From NCBI GenBank assembly GCA_942491115.1, contig CALNZV010000007.1, positions 194,605 to 258,604 of the forward strand: DNA of 64,000 bases. The letters run 5' to 3'. The notes below the pieces were generated by a model, which saw only the letters and a list, made by a program, of their open reading frames with translations, did not search any database and had not been told where the DNA came from. A program made the translations under genes and the position numbers. Below are positions 39,655 through 48,202 of the stretch, piece by piece. Positions within the stretch are counted from its first letter, which is position 1. Every line of letters begins with the position of its first letter. The DNA is from an uncultured Desulfobacteraceae bacterium. GTDB lineage: Bacteria > Desulfobacterota > Desulfobacteria > Desulfobacterales > UBA5852.

Positions 39655-40026
39655 ATGGGATACTACGTTCACAGCGTCCCCGGGAGAATCCGGGTAAGAA
39701 TTCCAGAAATCAGACATCAGACCCATCTATGCAGGGAAATAACGGAGGAAATTTTGAATCACAGAGGCGTCCACGCAGTGGGCGCAAATCCGGTGACGGG
39801 AAGCGTCAAGATTCAGTACGATCCGTCAGTGGTCGACGAACAGCATTTTTTAAACCTGCTGCAGTATTGCGGGTATTTCGACGCCGAAAAGGCTGTCGAT
39901 CTCGATAGGACGATTACTTCGTCCGCAACCCGGACCGGGCAGGCCTTCGGCCGGGCAGTGGTATCCTGGGCGGTCGGTCGCGCACTGGAATCAAATGGCC
40001 TTGGCCTTCTAGCCGCCCTGATCTAA
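39655..40026 (+). CDS. Small HMA-like (ferredoxin-fold, no CxxC) protein with hydrophobic C-terminus
   Basis: VHSVPGRIRVRIPEI...GVHAVGANPVTGSVKIQYDP parallels the N-terminus of the P-type ATPase and ORF 45539-46042. RBS AAGGTGG lies 10 nt upstream of the ATG at 39655. Confidence 0.55.
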   Translation: MGYYVHSVPGRIRVRIPEIRHQTHLCREITEEILNHRGVHAVGANPVTGSVKIQYDPSVVDEQHFLNLLQYCGYFDAEKAVDLDRTITSSATRTGQAFGRAVVSWAVGRALESNGLGLLAALI

Positions 40027-40143
40027 AGCAACCACAACCCGTCGCATCGCTTCATCGGCTCCTTCCGCCATGGCCGCAGCAACGACGCCCGGGGGTTACC
40101 CCCGGGCGTCGTCGTTACTGAAAAAGGTGCCCCAATCAAAACC

Positions 40144-40338
40144 TCAGCGCCACTTGATAAACCGGCCGATCAACACCCCCCCCAGAAGGCCGGCAGCGAG
40201 AGTGGCCAAGGTCGGCCAAAATCCCACCTCACGCCGCGGCGCCTTGGTGCTGCCCTCCATAGTCGCCGCCGCGCCTTTCCGGCTCTTCCGGGCCAAGGGG
40301 TCCTCAACGGCATCCTTCAACGCTCTTTTGGGTGGCAT
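40144..40338 (-). CDS. 64-aa basic protein with C-terminal transmembrane anchor
   Basis: MPPKRALKDAV..KSRKG.. then FWPTLATLAAGLLGGVLIGRFIKWR. AAGGA RBS inside the parA-like 3' end, with a 4-nt gap to the parA-like stop. No family recognised. Confidence 0.45.
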   Translation of the reverse strand: MPPKRALKDAVEDPLARKSRKGAAATMEGSTKAPRREVGFWPTLATLAAGLLGGVLIGRFIKWR

Positions 40339-40342
40339 TGGC

Positions 40343-40972
40343 TTATCCTTCCTCGTAGGTCATCAATTCATTGCAAAGGTTGATTGACTCTCTGGCGGCC
40401 GCACTTCTTGGAGAATACCGGTGAACCGGCAGGCCAGCGATCATGGCCTCCACATAGGCGATCCGCTGGGTGATTTCGGTTCGGCAGGCCTCTATCCCAA
40501 AGCCTTCCATGGCCTCTCTCGCCTCCTTGCCGACCCGGGTATTGGGGATTTTCCTGGAAATCAACAGCAGGGATCTGCGCTTAAGGCCTTTCTTCCGTGT
40601 TCCCGAAAGTCTTTGAAGCGTTTCACGGCTGGACCAGATATCAAGGGGGCTAGGACCGACGGGGATGAGGGTCAGGTCTCCGATGGCCAACACCCGCTGG
40701 GAGATGGCCTCGAGGGCCGGAGGCGAATCGATGACGATATGGCCATAGCCCTTGCCTGCGGATCGAATCTGCCGGCGGTCGGAAAGCCCCGGCAAATGAA
40801 CGACGTCAAAGAACTTCTGCGTTTCCAACGAGGCCCACTGCAGCACACTTCCTTGGGGGTCAGCGTCCACCAACAGGACTCTCCTTCCATGCTCGGCCAG
40901 GGCGCCGGCGAGATTGACCGCAATGGTGGTCTTTCCAACTCCGCCTTTTTGATTGACGATGCCGATGATCAT
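40343..40972 (-). CDS. ParA/MinD-superfamily ATPase (small plasmid-type ParA-like)
   Basis: Deviant Walker A IVNQKGGVGKTT, LLVDADPQGS, VIDSPP. 209 aa. GGAGG RBS. Confidence 0.9.
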   Translation of the reverse strand: MIIGIVNQKGGVGKTTIAVNLAGALAEHGRRVLLVDADPQGSVLQWASLETQKFFDVVHLPGLSDRRQIRSAGKGYGHIVIDSPPALEAISQRVLAIGDLTLIPVGPSPLDIWSSRETLQRLSGTRKKGLKRRSLLLISRKIPNTRVGKEAREAMEGFGIEACRTEITQRIAYVEAMIAGLPVHRYSPRSAAARESINLCNELMTYEEG

Positions 40973-41006
40973 GGGATCCTCCCGCCCTATGCGAGTGTCG
41001 ATGCTT

Positions 41007-42200
41007 CTACAGGAAAGTCTTCAGCCGTTCCAAACGGTCGGTCCGCTCCCAGGGAAGCTCCATGTCGTCCCTGCCGAAATGGCCGTAAGACGCCAGCCGC
41101 TGGTAAAACCGGCCGCTGTTTTGCGCCGGAAGGTTTCGGAGGTCGAAATCCCGAATTATGGCCGCGGGCCTGAAATCGAAGTGGGTTTGAATCAGTTTGG
41201 CAATATCTTTTTCCGGAATCACACCGGTACCGAAGGTTTGGACCTGAAGGGAAACGGGCTGGGTGATGCCCAGGGAATAGCTGAGCAGCACTTCGCACTC
41301 GGCGGCCAGACCGGAGGCCACGATGTTTTTCGCCGCATGCCGCGCGGCATAGGCCCCGACGCGATCGATCCGGATGGGGTCTTTTCCGCTGAGAGCCTTT
41401 CCGCTGTGACGGGCATACTCGCCATAGGTATCCACGGCGTTTTTCCGGCCCGTGAGTCCAGAGTGGTGGGGTGGGCCTCCCTGGTAGGGACCTTCGGGGT
41501 TGATGTTGATTCGTGTCTTATCATCGGGTTGGATGTCGAGCTTTGCAAACACCGGCTCGATGACCGAGGCCATCATATCGCTCCTCAGGGTCCGGATGCC
41601 CGGCTTCCGGATATCCCTTTGATCGGCGACCAGGGTGACGCTGTGAATTCTTGTGGGCCGGCGGTCCCGATATTCGACCCCCACCTGGACTCTCCCGTCC
41701 GGCATAAGATAAGGCAGTACCTTGAGGCGCCGAACCGCAGTGAGCTGGCGAACCAGCCGGTGGGCGACCCAGATGGACATTGGCAGGAAAGCCGGGGTCT
41801 GATCGCAGGCAAAGCCGAACACCGTCACCTGATTTTTGGCTGGGATCCGGCTTATCTCAGGATCGGAAAGGAAGCGCTCGTCAAACCGCATTTTAGGGTC
41901 GATGGGCAGTACCTTCGGCGCCGTAAGGATGCTGCAGATTTTCTCGTTGAACTCCTCCTGGTCGTAGCCGATCTGTTTGATGATCTTTCGGGCCACGTGG
42001 GCGAAATCCATTGTCGTCTCCGACCTGAATCTAGCCGCGATAAATACGATGGCACTCGAAACGGCGCATTCGGCCCGCACCCGGGCAAACGGATCGTGGG
42101 TCAGAAATCGATCGACAATGGCATCGCTGATCTGATCACAGAGTTTGTCCGGATGCCCCTCGGTCACGGATTCGGATGTGAAGATAAAATGTTTAATCAT
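41007..42200 (-). CDS. Divergent S-adenosylmethionine synthetase-like protein (MetK paralog)
   Basis: FTSESVTEGHPDKLCDQISDAIVD and SGKDPIRIDRVGAYAARHAAKNIVASGLA are MetK-like, but several canonical motifs differ (see findings). Its ATG overlaps the ATPase stop (ATGA). Confidence 0.8.
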   Translation of the reverse strand: MIKHFIFTSESVTEGHPDKLCDQISDAIVDRFLTHDPFARVRAECAVSSAIVFIAARFRSETTMDFAHVARKIIKQIGYDQEEFNEKICSILTAPKVLPIDPKMRFDERFLSDPEISRIPAKNQVTVFGFACDQTPAFLPMSIWVAHRLVRQLTAVRRLKVLPYLMPDGRVQVGVEYRDRRPTRIHSVTLVADQRDIRKPGIRTLRSDMMASVIEPVFAKLDIQPDDKTRININPEGPYQGGPPHHSGLTGRKNAVDTYGEYARHSGKALSGKDPIRIDRVGAYAARHAAKNIVASGLAAECEVLLSYSLGITQPVSLQVQTFGTGVIPEKDIAKLIQTHFDFRPAAIIRDFDLRNLPAQNSGRFYQRLASYGHFGRDDMELPWERTDRLERLKTFL

Positions 42201-45200
42201 GGTTCCGTCCGGGTATGGGGGTTAGGGGAGGGGTGAAAGACCATAGGCAGCAGGGATGCTGCGGCGATCACGCCGAGATCCCCGATCCCCGTCGGGGCCA
42301 GGCCGAGCAGCCGCCTCAGGGGGGGAACGACGAAAGTCAACCCCTGAAAGGCCAGTGAGCCCCAGACAGCCATATTGAGGTAGGGGTTCGGGGGCAGCGG
42401 ATCCGCCGAATGGATGGCGCCGGATTCCCTGCGGCAGTTGAAGGCATGAAGGAGCTGGCCCAGGGTAAGCGCCTGGAATGCCAGGGTTCCCGCCCTTGCC
42501 CCCTGGCCATATCGCAGCAGTCCGTAGCCATAGGCCCCCAGGGCTCCACCGGATATGGCGGCTGCCGAGAGCATCATGGACCGGTACTCGTCCCCGGTAA
42601 AAAGTGGGGCGCCCGTGGGCCGGGGGGAACGCTCCAGCACGTCGGGTTCGGGCGCCTCCATTGAGAGGGAAAGGCCGGGAAAGATATCGGAGATGATGTT
42701 GATCCAGAGCAGCTGCATTACGTTCAGGGGAGAGCCGATCCCGAGGCCGATGCCGGCCGTCATGACCATGATTTCGCTGAAATTGGTGGCAAGAAAGAAC
42801 CGGACCGACTTTCGGATGTTCTGGTAGATACCCCGACCATCCTTCACAGCGATGATGAGGGTGTCCAGATTGTCCTTCTGGAGGACCACATCGGCCACTT
42901 CCCTTGCGATGTCAGTTCCGGACTGCCCCATGGCGATGCCCAGATCGGCGGCCTTGAGGGCCGGGCCGTCGTTGATGCCGTCTCCGGTCATGGCAACGGT
43001 CTTTCCATTGGCCTGGATCGCCTGGACGATTTTCAGCTTGTGTGCGGGGCTGACCCGGGAATAGACAAAGACGTGTTTGGCGATGGCCTGGAGCACCTCG
43101 GAATCCAGGGAGGTCAACTCGGCGGAGTCCAGAATCTCCAAAGGTTTGTGGCCGGCGATATTCAGGTGACTGGCGATGGAAAAGGCGGTTGGACTCTGAT
43201 CTCCGGTGATCATAATGGTGTCGATGCCGGCCCGGTGGAACACCGGAATCAAAGCGGAAACCCCTGGCCGAATCGGATCGGCCATGCCCACGAGCCCGAT
43301 CCACACCAAATGGCCGTTGACATCCGACGGTACCGCCCCTTTGAACGTCCCATAGGCAAGACCAAGAACCCTCAAGGCACCGCCAGCCATCTGGTCGTTT
43401 TCCGACTCGATCGCATCCCGCATCTGTCCGGACATTTCCTCCAATCGACCATGGACAAGGGCTTCACCACAGAGGCCCAATACCTCCATGGGACTGCCCT
43501 TGACAAAAACGACACCGCCTTCCGGGGCCGCGTGGCGAGTGTCCATAAAAAGCCGGTTTTCCGATCGATGGGTGATCTTGAGCATGGGATGGGACGCCCG
43601 GAGCTCTCGGACGTCGACTCCCGCCCTTGCGGCCAGGTGAACCAGGGCATTTTCCGTTGCTGAACCGTGAAGGAGGAGGTCTCCACTGCCGTCGATGCCG
43701 TTGATTTCAGATTCGTTGCACAGGGCGCAGCAATGGATAAGGGCCTTCCGATTGGCCGGATGGATCCTGCCGACAGCGGACCGCACGCTCTCCTGGCTGG
43801 CCCCGTCGACATCCGTTCGTTCCATGGAGGTGAACAGGCTCGTGACGGTCATTCGGTTTTCCGTCAGAGTGCCCGTTTTGTCTAAACATATGGTTTCGAT
43901 GGCGCCAAGGGTTTCGACCGCCTGAAGACGCCGGATGAGCACATGGTGTTCCCGCATCCGGCGAATGCCCAATGCAAAATTGATGGTCGCCGCCGCCGGA
44001 AGCCCCTCCGGCACTGCAGACGCCGCAAGGGATATGGCCGTTCTCAGCATAATCAGGAGTCCGTAGCCCCGCATCAGCCCCAGAACGAACACGGCCCCGC
44101 AAATCACCCCGAAGGCCATGACCAGTTTGTCTCCCATCACCCGCAACTGTCTTTCGATTGGCGTTTCGGGAGTTTGGGTATCGTCCAGCAGCTTCTGGAG
44201 GCGCCCGATCTCGGTATCCGGCCCTGTGGCCACCACCACTCCCCGGCCCTGTCCGCCGGTGATGAGGGTGCCCATGAAAGCCATGTTGCTCCGGTCGGCC
44301 AGGGGCGTTCGCTTGATGCGCAGGGTGCCGGGGGTTTTCAGCACCGGCATACTCTCTCCGGTCAGCATGGACTCGTCGATGCTGAGATGGTCGGAATCGA
44401 TGACCCTGCAGTCTGCGGCCACGTACATGCCGGGTTTGAACTCGATGATGTCCCCCACCGTCACGTCTCTGGCGGAGATGTCCGTGGCATTGCCGTCGCG
44501 AATGACGATCGCCCTCGGGTTGATGTAGTGTTTGAGGGAACTGATGGTTTGCTCGGCGCGCCGCTCGGTGACAAAACCGAGATAGGCATTGGCCGCGACC
44601 ACTCCCACGACCACGATGGCATCGATGACGCCGCCGGTCACCATCGACACGCCGGCCGCAGCCGCAAGCAGATACACCGGTAACGAGTTGATCTGCCCCC
44701 AAAGGATATCCCCTCTGCTGCGGGTGCGGGCATCGGGAAGGGTGTTTGCGGGAAGCCGCCGGAGGCGGTCAAGGACGATTGGCGTGGTCAATCCCCTGTC
44801 AAGGTCGGTATCCAGATGCTCGATGAGCCGACGGTGTCCCATGGTGTGCCATAGGGTAGTGTCCTGCTCAATCCCCCCGTCGGCATGGAAAAGACGCAGC
44901 GTGGTCTTCACTATCTCCTTATATCGCGAAGCCGTTTTTTCGGACGGTTCGGTCCCTTCTTTCGAGACCGGCGGGGAGGACGTCGCGGACGCTGCAAGGA
45001 AGGCCCGCTGTTCATCCAGAGATATCGCCTCTGTGGTGATTACCTGGTGGATTCGGTCGGCGAGGGAACGGCTGGACCATGCGCTGTCATACCGAAGGAG
45101 AAGGGTTCCGGTCGTATGGCTGGCGCGGATGCGTCGAACGCCGGGCTCTCTTTTCAGCCGGGCCTCCAGAAATCGCTTCATCAGGGAGGACCGGTGAAGC

Positions 45201-45367
45201 CCCTCGACCTTGAACCGCACCCGACCAGGAACCGCGTCGTGAACAGTCGCCACGGTCGCGGTCGGATTCCCGTCCTTTCGCCCAGCAGTGGGTTGGGTTA
45301 GGGCGGGGCTTCGCCCCGATTCCGGGCGGCCATGGGCCGGCGTCGTGAAGTCGGAGGTTTTCTTCAT
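42197..45367 (-). CDS. P2-type cation-translocating P-type ATPase with N-terminal HMA-like domain
   Basis: DKTGTLT, PEGLPAAATI (TM4), MITGDQ, MTGDGINDGPALKAADLGIAMG, C-terminal cation-ATPase helices. N-terminal VPGRVRFKVEGL...GTLLLRYD module without CxxC. Start at the ATG at 45367 or the TTG at 45391. Confidence 0.92.
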   Translation of the reverse strand: MKKTSDFTTPAHGRPESGRSPALTQPTAGRKDGNPTATVATVHDAVPGRVRFKVEGLHRSSLMKRFLEARLKREPGVRRIRASHTTGTLLLRYDSAWSSRSLADRIHQVITTEAISLDEQRAFLAASATSSPPVSKEGTEPSEKTASRYKEIVKTTLRLFHADGGIEQDTTLWHTMGHRRLIEHLDTDLDRGLTTPIVLDRLRRLPANTLPDARTRSRGDILWGQINSLPVYLLAAAAGVSMVTGGVIDAIVVVGVVAANAYLGFVTERRAEQTISSLKHYINPRAIVIRDGNATDISARDVTVGDIIEFKPGMYVAADCRVIDSDHLSIDESMLTGESMPVLKTPGTLRIKRTPLADRSNMAFMGTLITGGQGRGVVVATGPDTEIGRLQKLLDDTQTPETPIERQLRVMGDKLVMAFGVICGAVFVLGLMRGYGLLIMLRTAISLAASAVPEGLPAAATINFALGIRRMREHHVLIRRLQAVETLGAIETICLDKTGTLTENRMTVTSLFTSMERTDVDGASQESVRSAVGRIHPANRKALIHCCALCNESEINGIDGSGDLLLHGSATENALVHLAARAGVDVRELRASHPMLKITHRSENRLFMDTRHAAPEGGVVFVKGSPMEVLGLCGEALVHGRLEEMSGQMRDAIESENDQMAGGALRVLGLAYGTFKGAVPSDVNGHLVWIGLVGMADPIRPGVSALIPVFHRAGIDTIMITGDQSPTAFSIASHLNIAGHKPLEILDSAELTSLDSEVLQAIAKHVFVYSRVSPAHKLKIVQAIQANGKTVAMTGDGINDGPALKAADLGIAMGQSGTDIAREVADVVLQKDNLDTLIIAVKDGRGIYQNIRKSVRFFLATNFSEIMVMTAGIGLGIGSPLNVMQLLWINIISDIFPGLSLSMEAPEPDVLERSPRPTGAPLFTGDEYRSMMLSAAAISGGALGAYGYGLLRYGQGARAGTLAFQALTLGQLLHAFNCRRESGAIHSADPLPPNPYLNMAVWGSLAFQGLTFVVPPLRRLLGLAPTGIGDLGVIAAASLLPMVFHPSPNPHTRTEP

Positions 45368-45538
45368 CAGATACCACCATAACAGAAGCAAGGGAGAAAG
45401 GAGTACTCAGCGGCCGCTGCGGCCGACCTCGGAAGCGGCAGAGCAGAATCCGGCAGTCGTCAGCCTCCGGACGCAAAACGAACCCATCGGCACGTCTGAC
45501 GTCAATCCAATGCATCATACCTTGTATGCCGCCGGCTA

Positions 45539-46042
45539 TCAGTCGGCGGACGGAAAGGGGTCGGTGTCGATTCGGTCCAGGATGGATTTGGTGAAAATGC
45601 CGAACGCATACCAGAAAGCTGTGTACCAGGGAGGCAGTCGCAGATTGCCCCGGAGGATCTGAATGATGCCCGTCGTCATGAGTAAAACGAAAACGGCGCC
45701 GAAGATATCCAGCTCATCGTTGGTAAAGCGGCGTACGTGACGGTTTAGGGCACCGATAGGGGCGACCACATAGGCAGCGGAGGGGGCCGCCTTTCTGCGA
45801 CTGACTACCGTCAGGTCGAAAGACCGGGTTCGCTCCCCCATGTCCTTCGCCCACTCGGGCGAGGCCAGATCACCCGTAATCAGTATACTTCCGGTGATGG
45901 GCCTTGCGGCGGCAATGGCGCCCTCGTCCCTAAATCGCTTCTCCAAGTCCTCGAAAAAGGCTCTGTCACCCTTTCGAGAGGAGACCCTGATGCGAAGCCG
46001 TTCACCGGTATGATGAACGACCTCGGCTTCCGGCAGATTCAC
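45539..46042 (-). CDS. HMA-like domain protein with C-terminal 2-TM region
   Basis: HHTGERLRIRVSS...ARPITGSILITGD (third copy of the PGR-IR-type module), then hydrophobic FGAVFVLLMTTGIIQIL and WYTAFWYAFGIF. GTG start overlaps the upstream stop (GTGA). Confidence 0.55.
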   Translation of the reverse strand: MNLPEAEVVHHTGERLRIRVSSRKGDRAFFEDLEKRFRDEGAIAAARPITGSILITGDLASPEWAKDMGERTRSFDLTVVSRRKAAPSAAYVVAPIGALNRHVRRFTNDELDIFGAVFVLLMTTGIIQILRGNLRLPPWYTAFWYAFGIFTKSILDRIDTDPFPSAD

Positions 46043-46323
46043 GCCTTGGCCCCTTTGGCCGACACTTTTTTAGGCTTGGCCGATGAACCGCCCTTGTCAG
46101 AAAGCTCCGATTTGGCTTCGGCGGCGAGGTCCTCAAGGGTCTCCATGGTTTCGGCAGTGGCTGATTTAGCCTGCTCGTAGGCGATCAGACCGCCTTTGAT
46201 AATCGACTTGGCCACCGGCTTTAGCACGCCGGCAATCACCGGAACCACAATCGGTGTCAACAGCACAATGCCTGCTCCCGTGGCCAGGGTTCCCAAATTC
46301 ACGCTAGCACCCAATAATTTCAT
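46039..46323 (-). CDS. Small membrane protein, DUF5132-like
   Basis: N-terminal hydrophobic GAGIVLLTPIVVPVIAGVL, then an amphipathic KSIIKGGLIAYEQAK...LEDLAAEAKSEL and a Lys-rich tail. RBS AAAGGAGG. The family call is from memory. Confidence 0.5.
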   Translation of the reverse strand: MKLLGASVNLGTLATGAGIVLLTPIVVPVIAGVLKPVAKSIIKGGLIAYEQAKSATAETMETLEDLAAEAKSELSDKGGSSAKPKKVSAKGAKA

Positions 46324-46583
46324 TTAAAACCTCCTTTGTGAATATCTCCAACAGGGCACACGATCAACAGTGAACCAAAAGAATCATGCATGGGGATGGA
46401 GAACCCGACTGTGCTCCATCACTCTCAACTTAAGAAGGACATCTAACCCAAATGCCGCCCCGATCATCGCAGTCCATATCATCGGTGCGTTGGTGCAATT
46501 GATGGTGAGAGAAATAATTAAATGGGCGAAGATGGTGGTTTGAAGCCTTGATGAACGAATATACCGTAAAGTAATGGATATTA

Positions 46584-46611
46584 ATTATACTTACGAAACC
46601 GAAATCCACAA
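46584..46611 (-). promoter_or_regulatory. Candidate sigma70-type promoter of the six-gene operon
   Basis: Minus strand reads TTGTGG - 16 nt - TATAAT. This would give a ~250-nt leader before the start at 46323. Confidence 0.35.
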
Positions 46612-46734
46612 TAGTTTAATTGTTAGATTAATATTAGAATATCGTTAGCTTTTCACTTATTTTTAATTGTAATGAGAGTTGAGGGGAGTATTTCAACCCC
46701 AGATCGCAGCCTGATTCGTTAAGGCAATCCACTA

Positions 46735-46974
46735 TTGTTCTGTGGATTGGCTCCTGGGAGTTGGCGTGTATTGAGACAGCTCGCCCTTTCCGTGGTGCAG
46801 TCCAGACCCGGAACCGAGGTTATAGCCGTGCAGATCTTTCGATTTGCCGAAGGCGGTCTCTGGGGCAAACTCTCCGCATTGGGGATCATGATGATTGCCA
46901 TGTCGACTATGCTGGTCGCTGCCGCGTCCCTCACCGGGGCAAAACTGACACCTGTCAAAACGGAAGGTCAATAA
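46735..46974 (+). pseudogene. Possible remnant of an ABC-transporter permease C-terminus
   Basis: PGTEVIAVQIFRFAEGGLWGKLSALGIMMIAMSTMLVAAASL resembles the end of BPD_transp_1 permeases. No upstream body of the gene. Confidence 0.3.
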
Positions 46975-47230
46975 AGAGCAAGAGCGATCTTCATGGATCG
47001 GGAACGGATCCTTTGACCCTGCGACAGGGCAACCGCGTCCACGCCGTTCCCTGAGCCATGGAGGCGGTCGACACGCCTCCCCTAGTCGTCGTTTTCACCA
47101 GGTCCACTTCTTACAGCCGCGAATCCAAAAGGGCCGAATGCGTCTGTAACCGTCTCAGATGGTCAGAACGGCCGGGCCGTGTCCGACCAGCGACGGCTCA
47201 TACTCTGAGAATCTGAAACCGGATGTCTCT

Positions 47231-48172
47231 ATGTGGCAACTCCTGGGCGGCATATTTCTCGGATGGGGGCTGGGCAGCAACGACTCTGCCAACCTTTTCG
47301 GTACGGGTGTAGCGGCAAAGGTGGTTCAATATCGAACCGCCATTGTGCTCATTTCCATTTTCGTCGTGGGAGGCGCTTTGTCTGAAGGCTACAAAAACAT
47401 GAATACGGTGGGCGCCATGTCGATCATGACGCCGATCTCCGCGTTCATTGCCGCCTTCTCTGCAGGGATCTGCGTTGCCGTCTTTTCATACCTGTCCCTT
47501 CCGGTGTCCGCCTCCCAGGCCATCATGGGGGCGGTGTTGGGTATCGGGATGATTTCCGGCATCCCCGATTTCACTCGACTCTATAAGGTTGTTTTATGCT
47601 GGGTCCTCACTCCCATCGGTTCGATGGGGCTCTCGCTTCTCTTCTATCCATTCTTCGCCTATTTCTTCAGAAAAATTCTTTCCGACCTTAACCGCCGCAA
47701 CCGATTTCTGAAAACAGCGCTGATCCTGGCGGGGTGCTACGGCGCCTACTCCCTCGGTGCAAACAATGTGGCCAACGTCACCGGGGTCTACGTCGCCACC
47801 GGCATGCTGACACCCTTTCAAGGGGCGCTCATCGGCAGTTTGAGTATCGTATTGGGGGTATTGACCTACAGTCGAAAAGTCATGGACACCATCGGGAAAA
47901 AAATTGTGGAGCTGGACGGATTCTCTGCATTCATCTCGGAGTTGTCGGCAGCGGTGACCGTTCACCTCTTCACACAAATCGGAGTGCCGGTCTCCACATC
48001 CCAAGCCATTGTGGGGGGCGTGGCAGGAGTCGGCATTCTAAAGTCCGTTCGCACGGTCAAAAAGAACACACTCGTTGGGATCGCCATGGGTTGGATATCC
48101 ACACCGCTTACCAGCGGAATGGCCGCCTATCTGCTCATGCGACTGGTCCTGACGATGGGGATCGGCGCATAA
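47231..48172 (+). CDS. Inorganic phosphate transporter, PiT (PHO4) family
   Basis: GWGLGSNDSANLFGTGVAA and SLGANNVANVTG (the duplicated PHO4 signature), with multiple TM segments. Start at the ATG at 47231. Confidence 0.9.
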   Translation: MWQLLGGIFLGWGLGSNDSANLFGTGVAAKVVQYRTAIVLISIFVVGGALSEGYKNMNTVGAMSIMTPISAFIAAFSAGICVAVFSYLSLPVSASQAIMGAVLGIGMISGIPDFTRLYKVVLCWVLTPIGSMGLSLLFYPFFAYFFRKILSDLNRRNRFLKTALILAGCYGAYSLGANNVANVTGVYVATGMLTPFQGALIGSLSIVLGVLTYSRKVMDTIGKKIVELDGFSAFISELSAAVTVHLFTQIGVPVSTSQAIVGGVAGVGILKSVRTVKKNTLVGIAMGWISTPLTSGMAAYLLMRLVLTMGIGA

Positions 48173-48202
48173 AAATCAGAACTCGTTCGGGGGGAATCCA
48201 CA

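Noticed and set aside
46324-46583. Assigning the operon leader to a known riboswitch class (SAM, M-box, yybP-ykoY)
   Set aside because: I could not recognise any of the conserved core sequences of those classes by eye. It is kept only as an unclassified long leader.
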